Assembly: GCF_006345805.1 (NCBI RefSeq)
Contig: NC_043021.1
Span: 14,632,001-14,696,000, forward strand
DNA from: Octopus sinensis
Taxonomy: Eukaryota
Reading direction: 5' to 3'
DNA length: 64,000 bases
Made by a program: the position numbers and the translations under genes
Shown here: one piece after another, positions 26,228 to 39,981 of the stretch
Layout: every line of letters begins with the position of its first letter
How positions within the stretch are numbered: position 1 is the stretch's first letter
Notes under the pieces: model-generated
Databases searched by the model: none
Seen by the model: the letters and a program-made list of their open reading frames with translations, nothing else
What the model was told of the DNA's origin: nothing

Positions 26228-26592
26228 CTATAGAGACAGGAGAAAAAAAAAAAAAGAAGACATTTGATAAATATATTTTGATTAAATATAAAGAATTGTG
26301 GTTCTATGATCAACAGATTTCTAGATTCTTTGGATATTTGTTTATGACCAAAAACTCTCTCACAGCCATCTTTCAGTTTACCTGTCTGTCCCTTCATTCA
26401 TTAATCAACCGATCACTCTCTCTCTCTCTTTCTATTTTTCTGCATATCTCTCTATCTGTTTGTCTCTGCCTCTCTTCCTGTATTTCTCTAGCTGTTTCAC
26501 TCCCTCTCTATCCCTGTCTCTCTGTATATTTCTCTCTATCTTGCTATCCATAACTCTGAGTATCTCTCTCTCTCTCTCTATATCTCTCTATA

Positions 26593-26638
<46 letters not shown>

Positions 26639-26639
26639 T

Positions 26640-26895
26640 TTTCTCTTTTTACTTGTTTCAGTCATTTTGACTGCGGCCATGCTGGAGCACTGCCTTTAAT
26701 CGAGCAACTCGACCCCGGGACTTATTCTTTGTAAGCCCAGTATATATTCTATCGATCTCTTTTGCCGAACCACTAAGTGACGGGGACATAAACACACCAG
26801 CATCAGTTGTCAAGCAATGCTAGGGGGACAAACACAGACACACAAACATACATGCACATACATATAAAATACCTGTACATCATCTCCAAACCTTC

Positions 26896-26936
<41 letters not shown>

Positions 26937-27087
26937 ACAGGCTTTTAGTTTCCATCTACCAAATCCACTAACAAGGCTTTGGTCAGCCCGAAGCTATAGT
27001 AGAAGACACTTGCCTAAGGTGTCATGCCATGGGACTGAACCCAGAACCATGTGGTTGGGAAGCAAGTTACTTACCACACAGCCACAT
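26640..27087 (-). mobile_element. SINE family A copy
   Basis: Full-length match. Confidence 0.9.
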
Positions 27088-27789
27088 ATATCAGTAGTTC
27101 TGATTCTGTCTCCACAGCAACCCTTCTTCCAGTCTGGCGATCAATCTGTCTATCTATTTGTCTCCCTAACAATCTCTCTCTCTCTCCGTAGTCCATATAA
27201 TCATGTATGTTTGTGATGTTGGTATCACGGTAGTCTGTAGTGTTGTTGTTGTTGTTGTTGTTGGTGCTGCTGGTGGTTGTACTGATGGTGCAGGGGGTAC
27301 TATTGATAGTATTGTAGTCAATCTTGTTAGTGGTTAATATAACAGGTGTGTGTGTGGGTGGGTGGGGAAGAAATAGTGATAGAAACAGTAAATGTAATAA
27401 TGATGATGACAATGAAGATGGTGGATTGATTTTATCTGCTTCACTGCCACCACCACCGCTGCCGCCGAGACCACGATGATGATCCCACTGCCACGACAAC
27501 GACGTACACCACCACCATCACCGAAATTGCTCCACTTCTCCTCACCACCACACCCACTGTACAACCACTACTATTAATTATACAATCAATCCTCTTCCAA
27601 CCTCCACTCCTGCCATGGCCACCTACCCCCACCAAACTACTTAGACATTACACCACAGACAAAATCGGTTAATATTAGAGATTTCAGTGAATTAAACTGA
27701 CATCAAAAGTGTGTGTGTGTGTGTGTATTTACATACATAGTAATGGAGGAAAAGTAGGAGATCAAATGCATGAAGATTATACCACCACC

Positions 27790-27999
27790 ATACACACCCA
27801 CACATGCATAAATATATACCCATACACACATATATATATACACACACATATATACTCATACACACACACATACATGTGTGTGTATATATACATATACATA
27901 TACACATATATATACATATACACATATACATACATATACACATATACATACATATACACATATACATACATATACACACATACATACATATACACACAC

Positions 28000-28034
<35 letters not shown>

Positions 28035-28569
28035 TTGAAAGAGAAGAAAGAAGTCTGACAATGTTGTAATCCTCTTATGTATTATGATAAGAGCACTGTT
28101 CGCATTTTGTAAAGGGGGGGGGAGAATCAGACACAATTGGTTATTGATTAGAGAGAGGGGAAGGGGGTGATGGAGGAAGTGGGTGGGTGATTTCAACGGA
28201 AAAGTAATGGAGATGATGATGATGATAGTGATAATGGTGATGATAGTAAGGATAGAAATTTTTACAACGATGATGATGATGATAGTAAGAATGTTGAATT
28301 GATGATATTGAGGTGGATTGTGATAAATAAGGATGATGATGATGGTGAAGAGGATGATGATAGGTTTATGGTGTGTGTGTGTGTGAATGGGAGAGAGAGA
28401 GAGAAATGTATTTGCGTTTGTATCTACTGGAAATGCGTATGTAATTAACTATGTGAGAGGACGTGGTTTACTTTGTGTGCGTGTATGCGTGTGCACATTT
28501 GTGTGTATGTGTTCAGGTGCAGGTTTATGTGTGTATGAATGTGTATGTGGGTGTGTGTGTATTTGTGAA

Positions 28570-28606
<37 letters not shown>

Positions 28607-28745
28607 GTTTGAGTGTATGTGTAGTCTTGTGGGTGTGTGTGCATGTGCGCGCTTGTGAGTGTGTGTGCATGTTTGTGAATATGTATGCCTGTGCACATGC
28701 AGATGTGATCATGTATATGTGTGTGTGTGTGTATGTGCGTGTGTG
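27790..28745. repeat. Compound (CA/TA/GA)n, (GAT)n and (GT)n microsatellites
   Basis: Directly visible. Confidence 0.85.
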
Positions 28746-28849
28746 TGGTATGTATTGTGACTTCTGTCTTTGACTGCAAATATGTCTGATGTTAACATTC
28801 CTTGGGAATGCTGCAACCAAAGTCAGTCAGTTTCTCAATTCAAAGAACC

Positions 28850-29010
28850 CTGATTACGTGGCCATCAACAAAGAGGGTTGCCAACCGACAATTTGTTCCA
28901 ATGATGGTACATGATTCAAGGGGATCATTAAATTCAAGTACCTCGAACCCTATGTTGCTGACATTAAGAAAGGCTTCCTGACAAACAAGGAACAAGCATG
29001 GAGTACCTGT
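28850..29010 (+). mobile_element. Degenerate LINE RT relic
   Basis: Frame FKYLEPYVADIKKGFLTNKEQAWSTCN resembles the RTE FKYLGS...RK.QAW.ACN region. Confidence 0.45.
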
Positions 29011-29972
29011 AATAGGCCTTGAAGCATCTGACTATCAAGTATATTAAACCTTTAAAGGGTAAAGACCCCTTTTGGTCATGAATGACCATAGGATTGTACC
29101 AAGAAAGTTCTCCGAGGAGGCACAAATCTGGGCAAGGTTGTTTATGGAAGACCAGCAGTCGCCCATGCATACCAGCCTCCCTTCTCCATGTCATTGATGT
29201 TATCCAAGGGAAAGGCAAAGGGGCCAACACAGCTTGGGCACCAGTGATGTTGCAACTCATTTCTACATCTGAGTAAACTGGAGCAACGTGAAATAAAGGG
29301 TCTTGCTCAAGAACACAACACACTGCCCGGTCTGGGAATCGAACTCACTATCTCATGATTGTGTACTTTGTCAAATGCTCTGAGACTCCATTGGTTATGA
29401 TGATGAGTGTTCCAGAAATCAACGGAACAGCCTGCTTGTAAAGTTAACATGCAAGTGGCTGAGTGCTCCACAGACACACATACTCTTAATGTGGTTCTCA
29501 GGGAGATTCAGCATGACACAGAATGTGACGAAGGACTCTTTTGAATCACTGATGCAACTCGCTTTTGCCAGCTGAGTGGACTGGGGCAACGTGAAATAAA
29601 GTATCCTGCTCAAGGACACAATATGACACCAGAATTCGAACTCACAACCCCATGATTGTGAGCTGAATACACTAATCTTGATGTAATAGGCCTTCTGTCA
29701 AATGTAATTCTTATTTATTTACATTGTTATGAACCAATTGTGCATTATCTCATAGCTTTGAGATTTCAATGATATAATTACTAATTTTTAGAATGACATT
29801 GTGGGGTAGGTGTAAGAGGCCAGATCTGAGCAATTTGATCATAAGACAGAAAGAATATTTGGGCTGGATGTGGCAAAAGGATTAAAGACAAGTTGGTCTT
29901 CAGGACAGGTGAAATAGAGAACATTCTTATGGGGGAAAAACCTAGACTACGCAGAAGAAGCTTCAACATTAT

Positions 29973-30600
29973 AGGCGTAGGAGTGGCTGTGTGGTAAGTA
30001 GCTTGCTTATGAACCACATGGTTCTGGGTTCAGTCCCACTGCGTGGCATCTTGGGCAAGTGTCCTCTAGTATAGCCTCAGGCCGACCAAAGCCTTGTGAG
30101 TGGATTTGGTAGACGGAAACTGAAAGAAGCCCATCGTATATATGTATATACATATATATGTATGTGTGTATATCTATGTTTGCATGTCTGTGTTTCTCAC
30201 CCCAACATTGCTTGACAACAGATGCTGGTGTGTTTACATCCCTGTAACTTAGTGGTTCAGCAAAAGAGACCGATAGAATTAAGTATTAGGCTTACAAAGA
30301 ATAATTCCTGGGGTCGATTTGCTCGATTATAGGCGAGCTGGCAGAAACATTAGCACGCTGGGCGAAATGTTTAGCAGTATTTCGTCTGCCGTTACGTTCT
30401 GAGTTTAAATTCCGCCGAGGTCGACTTTGCCTTTCATCCTTTCGGGGTCAATTAAATAAGTACTAGTAAATCACTGGGGTCGATATAATCGACTTAATCC
30501 GTTTGTCTGTCCTTGTTTGTCCTCTCTGTGTTTAGCCCCTTGTGGGCAATAAAGAAATATATAGGCAGTGTTCCAGCATGGCCGCAGTCAAATGACTGAG
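29973..30600 (+). mobile_element. SINE family A copy with a family-B SINE nested in its tail (30331-30560)
   Basis: The family-A tail breaks after gctcgattat and resumes at aggcagtgttccagcatggcc. Confidence 0.85.
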
Positions 30601-31479
30601 AGTATTATATGAAGAACCTGATGTTATATGTCAGGCTTCTCAGGAGGACTCAAAACATGTCATGGTGGTGAGTATAAGATTAAAGAGAAGATTTATAGAT
30701 ACATTCCTCCCCGCATCTCTACTATTCTTGCTCAATGCAGTGTACGCTTTGCTGGCCACCACTATTGAGCTGAACCCCAGGTGGTATCCTGGAGACATCT
30801 CCAACCAGATGGACTGATGACAGAAGTTGTTTTCAATCATCACCATATACATGCATACATACATGTGTGTGTGTGTATGTTCAAAAGGCATCACGATCAG
30901 AACATGACAACCTTTGACCTCTACAGGCTTTTTTGAACTCAGAAAGGGCTCAAATAATACCACAAATATTAACCTGCCACGCAAACAATGCATGCGTGTG
31001 TGTGTGTGTGTGTGTGTGCACATACATAGACACAACAGAACAAAGGAGGAAATTTATTAATATTCAAAACTTGTGGGGACATGTCCAAATTGAAAACAAA
31101 GGGACTCCCCTCTCCTTTCACACCACTGTTAAGAAAGACATTTAAGAAAGAATATTTAAGGTATTCACCGAGAGTTTTAAGGACAAACTGTGAAGAAATA
31201 AGTACTGTAAGGGCAGGGGTGGGTGGCCCAACAGTACTTGGTGGCACCAACAATCTCTTTGTTGTTGTTTTTAGCTGTAGATCTGCCCAGACAAAGCAAG
31301 TTTGGTGCAATTAATGAGGGTTAGCATTGGTAAGTATTGGTGATACTGGTGGTCGTAGTGGTGGTGGTCATGGAAGAAGGTACAGTTAGTGCCGATGGTA
31401 ATAGTGGCTGCAGCAGTGATAGTCGTTTAGCCCCAAGCAGGTCAGTGCTAAGATCCAGTAAACACGATCATCATATGAT

Positions 31480-32087
31480 GATCTTTTACTCGTTTCAGTC
31501 ATTGGACTGTGCACCACCTTAATGGGTTTCAGTCAAATGAATAGACTGTAGTACTTATTTTCTAAAGTTTGGTGCTTATTCTGTGGGTCTCTTTTGCCAA
31601 ACTGCCAAGTTATGAGGATGTAAACACACCAACACTGGGTGTCAAGTGGTGGTGGAAGACAAACACAGGCACAAAGATACAAAACACACACACACACGAC
31701 GGGCTTCCTTCAGTTTCCATCTACCAAATCCACTCACAAGGCTTTGGTGGGCCCAAGGCTATAGTAAAAGACGCTTGGTTAAGATGCCATGCAGTGGGAC
31801 TGAACTTGGAACCATGTGGTTGGGAAGTGACCTTCTTACCACACAGCCATGCCGGTGCCTGATATATTTATATACTCTTTTACTTGTTTCAGTCATTTGA
31901 CTGTGGCCATGCTGGAACACCACCTTTAGTCGAGCAAATCAACCCCAGGACTTATTCTTTGTAAGCCTAGTACTTATTCCATCAGTCTCTTTTTCCAAAC
32001 TGCTAAGTTATGGGGATGTAAAAACACACCAGCATCTGTTGTCAGGTGATGTTGGGGGAACAAACAGACACACAAACATATATACTC

Positions 32088-32143
<56 letters not shown>

Positions 32144-32144
32144 G

Positions 32145-32177
<33 letters not shown>

Positions 32178-32360
32178 TATATACACACACATACATATAT
32201 ATGATGGGCTTCTTTCAGTTTCTGTCTACCAAATCCACTCACACAAGGCTTTGATTGATCCTGAGGCTATAATAGAAGACACTTGCCCAAGGTGCCACGG
32301 AGTGGGACTGAACCTGGAACTATGTGGTTGGGAAGCATGCTTCTTACCACACAGCCACAG
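31480..32360 (-). mobile_element. Two adjacent SINE family A copies (31480-31860, 31873-32360)
   Basis: Consensus matches. Confidence 0.85.
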
Positions 32361-33038
32361 TGGTTAGTTTAAACGGGACCTTCTTAGACAATTGTTAACT
32401 TCAATGGTTCCCTATTTCTCTGGTAGTCAGTTACACCAATTCCAGTAGCTGACTGGAACCTTATTTTGTTCGACTCAGAAGGACGAAGGACGACGACTGA
32501 ACTGAATGGGATTTGAACTCTGAATGTTCGGTTTAGCGTGGTGGTGGTGGTGAATAAATGAACAAATGATGATGGTGATGATGATGAAAACAAGAATGAT
32601 GATGATGGCAATGATGATGATGGTAATGATGAGGATGGTAATGATGAGGATGATGATGTAGATGCATTAATGTGTATATTTCTGAAAATAAATGCAAACA
32701 GGTTTGTTTTGTCTTAAGCTATTTCTAGTCATTAGTTGTTCTGAAGGGACAGTGGGAGTGAGGGTGGTGGTGGTGGGGTGTTGTTAGTGAGTTGTGGTGG
32801 TGGTGGTGGTGGTGATGATGCTGGTGCTAGTGGACATGGTAGCAGCAATGATTGTAATGGTTATGATGATGATGATGATATATGATGGTGGTGGTGGTGG
32901 TGATTAGTGATGTTGATGATAATGATTATGATGATGATGATGGTGGTGGTGATAAAGATGTTTTGCCCTGTAATGAAGAGCAAAGATGTTAGAAGGTTAG
33001 AAGTGGATATAGTAGTAAAGTGGTACTCCTGATGATGA

Positions 33039-33070
<32 letters not shown>

Positions 33071-33315
33071 CAGTGGACAGTTATAAAAAGAACAACAGGA
33101 ATGACAGATAAACAAACACACAAATACACAAATACCCAAGGACCAAAATAATACGATTGATGGGTTTAGAGTTGGTTGCTGTTGGAAACACCTTTCCGTA
33201 AGGAGAAGTAGATCTATGTCTGTTTTTAGAATAAACTTTGCTTGGTTCAATCACAATGAGTTGCTAATTAGGGAGTGTTATGATTAATTAACTAAACTGG
33301 CTAAAGAGAAATTGC

Positions 33316-33351
<36 letters not shown>

Positions 33352-33982
33352 TGCCCTTGTTATATATACTCTCTGCTATGGCCCAGCAACCTGGTATGGT
33401 GACAGCAAGGTCCTTGGGTTGTAGGTTTTTTTTTACCTCAAAGTGTTCTTATCTTTGGCAGGTTGCTGTACCGAGCATACATGACCTTCCCTCCCCACCA
33501 GACATTCCAAGCTAATTAACCCATGCATAAATACACACACACACACACACAAAATGATAGTCTGACTTTGGTGATTTCCGGAATTTATGATGATTTTCCC
33601 AAAATTTATCAACAAACATGTTAAACAAAAAACAAATGTTAACAAAAAATACAAGTGATGCATGCACATACACATTAGACAGTATACATAAACATACACA
33701 TATATTACATATATATATATACACACATATGTACTATATATTATATATTACATATATAAATACACAATGAGAACAATGTCATGGTTTTGTGAATTAGTAG
33801 GTATTAGGAAAAACCTCGAAAGTGATGCACATACACGCACACACACATGACTATGCATGCACACTCACACAAATATACACATGGATGTCTGTTCATACAT
33901 ACACACGTACATACATGCACATGTATATACACATACATGCAGTGGTGGACTGGGTCTAAAATTATTGGTTGCCAAGAGACTA

Positions 33983-34557
33983 AAGGGGCCCACCCGCAAC
34001 TACAAGGGGGGGCCAACCTCACCTACAAGGGGACCCACCAGCAACTACAAGGGGGCCCACCTGCACCTACAAGGGGTCTACCCGCAACTACAAGGGGGGG
34101 CTACCTGCAACTACAAGGGGTCTACCCGCAACTACAAGGGGACCCAACCTCAACTACAAGGGGACCCACCTGCACCTACAAGGGGTCTACCCGCAACTAC
34201 AAGGGGGGGCTACCTGCAACTACAAGGGGTCTACCCGCAATTACAAGGGGACCCACCCGCAACTACAAGGGGGCCCACCTGCACCTACAAGGGGACCCAC
34301 CTGCAACTACAAGGGGGCCCACCCACAACTACAAGGGGGCCCACCTGCACCTACAAGGGGTCCTACCCGCAACTACAAGGGGGGGGGGCCCACCCACAAC
34401 TACAAGGGGACCCACCTGCACCTACAAGGGGCCCACCTGCAACTACAAGGGGACCCACCTGCAACTACAAGGGGGCACACCTGCACCTACAAGGGGTCCA
34501 CCTGCAACTACAAGGGGGCCCAACCTCACCTACAAGGGGGCCCACCCACAACTACAA
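33983..34557. repeat. GC-rich minisatellite, ~20-21-bp units (cacc[c/t]gca[a/c]ctacaagggg..)
   Basis: Roughly 27 variant units; source of repetitive track ORFs 33847-34662 and 33857-34570. Confidence 0.95.
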
Positions 34558-35227
34558 TGCTATCATTTAATTTTCTTTTTTTTTTTGTTGCTAAAAGTAT
34601 TCTTTTCAACTCTCTACAAACACAGCCAGGCTGAAATAATTAAAGCATTCTTCCAGGAGTGAATAAAAAATTCCCAAATTCGAGGGGACGAGACCCTTAG
34701 ATACTAACATGGGCCCCCAAACATGGGTTCTAATGCACAGGGGCCCACTTGCCATCAGACAACCTGGCAACTTGGCCAGTGTGCCAAGTGTGCATACACA
34801 GACATGTGTATGCACAAATGCATGTCTATTCATACACACATGCATAATGGCACATATAAATTGGCACCCTGTCAATTACAATGACAAGGGCTCCAGTTGA
34901 ACTGATCAACAGAACAGCCTGCTCGTGAAATTAACATGCAAGTGGCTGAGTACTCCACAGACACATACCCTTAATGTAGTTTCCAGGGAGGTTCAGCATG
35001 ACACAGAATATTTTGTTGTTGTTGTTAAGCAGCAAGACGGGTAAGGGTGATTAGGTGATGGTCTAGGGCTTTAGGGTGGGAGACCCCAGACCTTGGAAAA
35101 AAAACAAACTTTGGTCGTCTTGTAGTCAAGGGCTCTTTGTTGATGCCCGACATCACTGGGAGGTGGCCCTTGATGTCGCTGGAAATGGAGATCTCCAGGT
35201 CCAAATTCTTGGATGGCTGACACAGAA

Positions 35228-35490
35228 TATGACAAGGCCGGCCCTTTGTATTACGGGTACTACTCTTTTTGCCGGACGAGTGGACTAGAGCAATATGAAG
35301 TAAAGCATCTTGCTGAAGGACTCAACACTCAAGGACACATATACATACACACAAATACACATCGGCATATGACAAGGCCGGTCCTTTGTATTACGGGTAC
35401 TGTGGACTGGAGCAATATGAAGTAAAGAGTCTTGCTGAAGGACTCAACACTCAAGGACACATATACATACACACAAATACACATCGGCAT
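35228..35490. repeat. Tandem duplication (~140 bp; second copy carries a ~20-bp deletion) of a SINE fragment plus flank
   Basis: atatgacaaggccgg...aaatacacatcggcat present twice. Confidence 0.85.
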
Positions 35491-35841
35491 GCAGATTAAG
35501 TCTGACAGCAACAAATAATAAAAAACAAAAACAAACAACACACACACACAGACACGCACAAAGAAATAAACCGAACAACATGCAAACAAGGTTCTAACCC
35601 TGATGATGGACTGTGGTACGATTATTGATGACTTTCATCTGAGGTGTGGCTATAATGAATGAAATAATAAATAGAAAAAAAAAAAAAATTTAAGATGAAA
35701 TAAATGAAAAACAAAAAGACAAAAATATAAAACGAAACAAAATAATATAATATGAAGTGAAATAATGAAGTTCAGAAAAAAAAAACAAAAAATACAATAT
35801 TGTGTTGAAACAATTGTGATTGATAATAAAAATTCTTGTAT

Positions 35842-36248
35842 AGGCGTCGGAGTGGCTGTGTGGTAAGTAGCTTGCTTACAAACTATATGGTTCCGGGTTC
35901 AGTCCCACTGCGTGGCACCTTGGTCGAGTCTCTTCTACTATAGCCTTGGGCCGACCAAAGCCTTGTGAGTAGATTTGGTAGATGGAAACTGAAAGAAGCC
36001 CATCATATGTGTGTGTGTGTATATATATATATATCTATATTTATGTTTGTGTGTCTGTGTTTGTCCCTCCAACATTGCTTGACAACTGATGCTGGTGTAT
36101 TATGATCCCGTAACTTAGCGGTTTGGCAAAAGAGACCGATAAAATAAGTTCTAGGCTTACAAAGAATAAGTCCTGGGGTTGATGTGCTCGACTAAAGGCG
36201 GTGCTCCAGCATGGCCACAGTCAAATGACTGAAACAAGTAAAAGAGCA
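35842..36248 (+). mobile_element. SINE family A copy
   Basis: Full-length match. Confidence 0.9.
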
Positions 36249-36483
36249 TTCCAGCTTCCGCCTTTCATTTACCATATATATATATATACACATATACACA
36301 ACATTAAAACTCATGAGAGATAATAATGTTAGTGGTTGCAAGCTAAAAACAGTATAGGAAAAATTAATAGTTATATAGAAGAGTTATATATAACAAGGGC
36401 ACTGAGAAGCACCAGCTTTGCTAGAAATAAGAGTCAAGATACTACAAAGTCACAAGACTTAACACTACATTTTCCAACCATAC

Positions 36484-36632
36484 CTGTGATGTTAAGTCTC
36501 ATCACTGAGGATGGAGGAGGCTGTGACAAGGGTCCTGGACACCTTCACTTTGGTGGTGGTGGGGGGGGTCTTCCATGGAGCCTTGATGAAGCAGTTGGAG
36601 TGTTGCAGTAAATGCAGTGAAGTCAGAGGATC
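36484..36632 (-). other. Candidate 149-nt cassette/alternative exon of host gene (stop-containing)
   Basis: ctccttcaaaatag|GATCC acceptor and ACAG|GTATGG donor; all three frames contain stops; an ATG at 36502 is in frame with exon 26227-25825. Confidence 0.35.
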
Positions 36633-36770
36633 CTATTTTGAAGGAGATTAGAATTTTATACTTTGAAAATAAGAACTATTTCTCCTGAAAATGTCTGAAG
36701 CTTCTGGAATGCACCTTGCATTTCCATATATAGGTGTAAACATATACTATGTGTGTGTGTGTGTGTGTGT

Positions 36771-37180
36771 ATAAATGAATAACGAAGATGTACAGGTGTC
36801 AATTCATTACAACCGTTTCAAGTAACTTCTTTAATTGGTTAATGAAAACATTACATCACTTGGAAGAAAAGGCCACATAAACTTCAAATGTAAAGGATAT
36901 AACTATTTCCTTGACGTGTTCACATGAAAAATGGAACAGAAAATATTCTTTTGTCGCAGATACAACAAAAGAAACTATGTAAATATTTTGAGTTCCATTA
37001 TTGATGTGAATATGTTTTAAGAGAAAAAAATGGTTATATCCTTTATGTTTGCAGTCTAAGCGATCATCTGATGAGAACCTTTTCTTTCAAATGATTTAAT
37101 GTTTTACATTAATCAATTAAAGGAGTCGCTTGAAATGGCCATAATGAATTGACACCTTTATGTCTTCGTTACCAATTTAT
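36771..37180. mobile_element. Imperfect ~410-bp palindrome carrying decayed Penelope-type hammerhead motifs
   Basis: Arms 36771-36950 and 36980-37180 are reverse complements; CTGATGA at 37068-37074; GAAA-T-GGCC-ATA on the right arm, GAAA-C-GGTT-GTA on the left arm (minus strand). Confidence 0.55.
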
Positions 37181-37561
37181 ATTTCATTCACCTAACTTGG
37201 AATCTGCACTTTGGAAATACTACAGAAAGTAACTTTATAAAAAGAATGTCTGAATTACCAAGAGCAGATATCTTCACTTAGATGGGTTGCGTTGTCTGCA
37301 CACATGGCACGAATATCAGCTACAAACACCCCTGTACAGAGTCTTGATATTCAGTATTCAATATTGTTTGGGTGTGTGGATTACAACCAACTTAGCAAGG
37401 TGCCTCAATTTAAGTACCTAATTAAACGGAATTAAGATCATTTATTGAATAAATTTACTTTTTTGCATATCAAGATATTTTTATGTAATTTTGGTAAATA
37501 TCTGTTAGATGAGATGTCAATGTTATTTTCATTTTTGCATTATTTAGAAAATAGTATATAA

Positions 37562-37750
37562 CTTTTACTTGTTTCAGTCATTAGACTGTGGCCATGTTAG
37601 AGCACAGCCTTTAGTCGAGCAAATTTGGAAGCCTAGTACTTATTCTATCGGTCTCTTTTGCCGAACCGCTAAGTTACAGGGATGTAAACACACCACCATC
37701 GGTTGTCAAGCAATATTGCGGGGACAAACATACATATATACGCCGGGCTT

Positions 37751-37790
<40 letters not shown>

Positions 37791-37952
37791 GGTGGGCTTC
37801 TTGTAGTTTCCGTCTACCAAATCCACTCACAGGGTTTTGGTTGGCCCAAGGCTACAGCAGAAGACACTTGTCCAAAAGGTGGCATGCAGTGGGACCAAAC
37901 TCGGCACCATGTAATTGGGAAGCAAGCTTCTTACCACATAGCTACTCCTGCA

Positions 37953-37955
<3 letters not shown>
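37562..37955 (-). mobile_element. SINE family A copy
   Basis: Consensus match with internal deletion. Confidence 0.85.
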
Positions 37956-37989
<34 letters not shown>

Positions 37990-38334
37990 CACTTACAAAC
38001 AAGCATGTGCAAACACATTATATGAAAGCTTGGCTAAAAATAAAAACAAAAATGAATGTCGCAAAATAAAAGCATACTCTGTATACAAATATACCTGAAA
38101 GAAACCCACACAAATAATTATTGACTAGAAATGAATAAGGTTTTCAATATAAAGGACATAATAAAATTAGAACACAAATATAGAATAGTAAAAAAAAACA
38201 ACAGGCCTTTCCATAAGACCTCATATCTATTGCACTCTGGGAAACCACAGAAATGATTACAGCAAAGCTGGTGGTTAAGTGGCATCGAAATTATCTATGA
38301 TCCTCATTTGATTTGCATTGAGGTAACACTTTTA

Positions 38335-38901
38335 TTGGGTTGTCCGGAAAGTTTGTGCCGATTTATAGTAGCTTACCTTTCAACTTAATTTAGAACATGG
38401 TTGAGTCCATAAAATAGGATTTGACTACATCTCCATTTAGAGCAGAGTTTAAGCTATCTTTTCGTGGAAGAAGGTTTATGTTCCTATAACCTGTGTCAAT
38501 TCTGTAACCCTTTAAAATGGAAGATAAGAAAGTTCATTTTCGGCACTTGATGCTTTGGGAACCAGACAAAAATTGCTGCAGCTCGGCTGGGATGTGTTAG
38601 CCCACCCTCCAAATATTCACCAGATATTGCTCCTTTGGATTTCCACTTATTCAGTTCTCTGCAGAATAGTCTTAATGGTAAAAATTTCAATTCCTTGAAT
38701 GACATAAAAAGATACCTTGATGAATTCTTTGCCATGAAACCACCTCAATTCTGGGAAGAGGGTATTTTCAAGTTAAAGGAAAGGTGGAGATGCATTGTGC
38801 AACAAAATGGTTCAGATCTGGTTGATTAAAAATGTAATGGCAAGTATTTATTGAACTTTTTTTTCCTTTAAAAATTGGCACAAACTTTCTGGACAACCCA
38901 A
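38335..38901 (+). mobile_element. Internally deleted mariner transposon (567 bp)
   Basis: TIRs ttgggttgtccggaaagtttgtgccgattt / aaattggcacaaactttctggacaacccaa with TA TSDs; transposase N-terminus MEDKKVHFRHLMLWE (ATG 38517) fused to C-terminal HPP.YSPDIAPLDFHLF...LKERWRCIVQQNG. Confidence 0.92.
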
Positions 38902-39282
38902 TAGTTTGGACCAGTAGAATGCTTATAAACTCAAAAGATGGACATGGCAGTTGCTCTTTACTGTCACACAAAGTGCATTATGGGATGCAAGCCCCATGGA
39001 AAGGCCTGTTTTCTTTTTCTGTCCAGGACTAGAACCTGTAAATGTCTTATATCAAACACAACACACACATGCATACATATACATATATGTTTGTGTGTGA
39101 GGGTTTGTGGTTTAGTGGTTAGGATGTTGGACTCATGATCTTAAGGTTGTGGTTAAAATTCCCGGACTGGGCAATGTGTTGTGTTCTTAAGCAAAATACT
39201 TCATTTCAGGTTGTTCCAGTTCAGTCAGCTGGCAAAAATGATTAATTCCTGCAATAGACGAGTGTCCCATCACAGGGGACAA

Positions 39283-39950
39283 TATATATATATACATACA
39301 TATATATATATATATACATACATACATACATATACATACATACATATACATACATACATATACATACATACATATACATACATACATACATACACATACA
39401 TACATATATATATACATACATATATATATACATACATACATACATATACATACATACATACATACACATACATATACATACATATACACATATACATATA
39501 TATACATACATATACATACATACATACATACATATATATATATACATATATATATACATACATATATACATACATATACATACTATATATATACATATAT
39601 ATACATACATACATATACATATATATATATACATACATATACATATATATATACATACATATATATATACATACATACATATACATATACATACATACAT
39701 ATAATATATATACATACATATACATACATACATACATACATATATATATATACATACATATATACATACATATATATACATATATATATACTATACATAC
39801 ATATACATATACATACATATATATATACATACATATATATATACACATACATATATACACATACATATATACATACATATAGATATATATACATATATAT
39901 ATACATATACATACATACATATACATATACATACATATAGATATACATAC

Positions 39951-39981
<31 letters not shown>

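Noticed and set aside
33983-34557. CRISPR-like appearance of short repeat arrays (also 25421-25790, 58004-58355)
   Set aside because: Units are contiguous with no unique spacers; eukaryotic context.
33847-34662. 271-aa and 237-aa repetitive ORFs
   Set aside because: Minisatellite with no splice or coding support.
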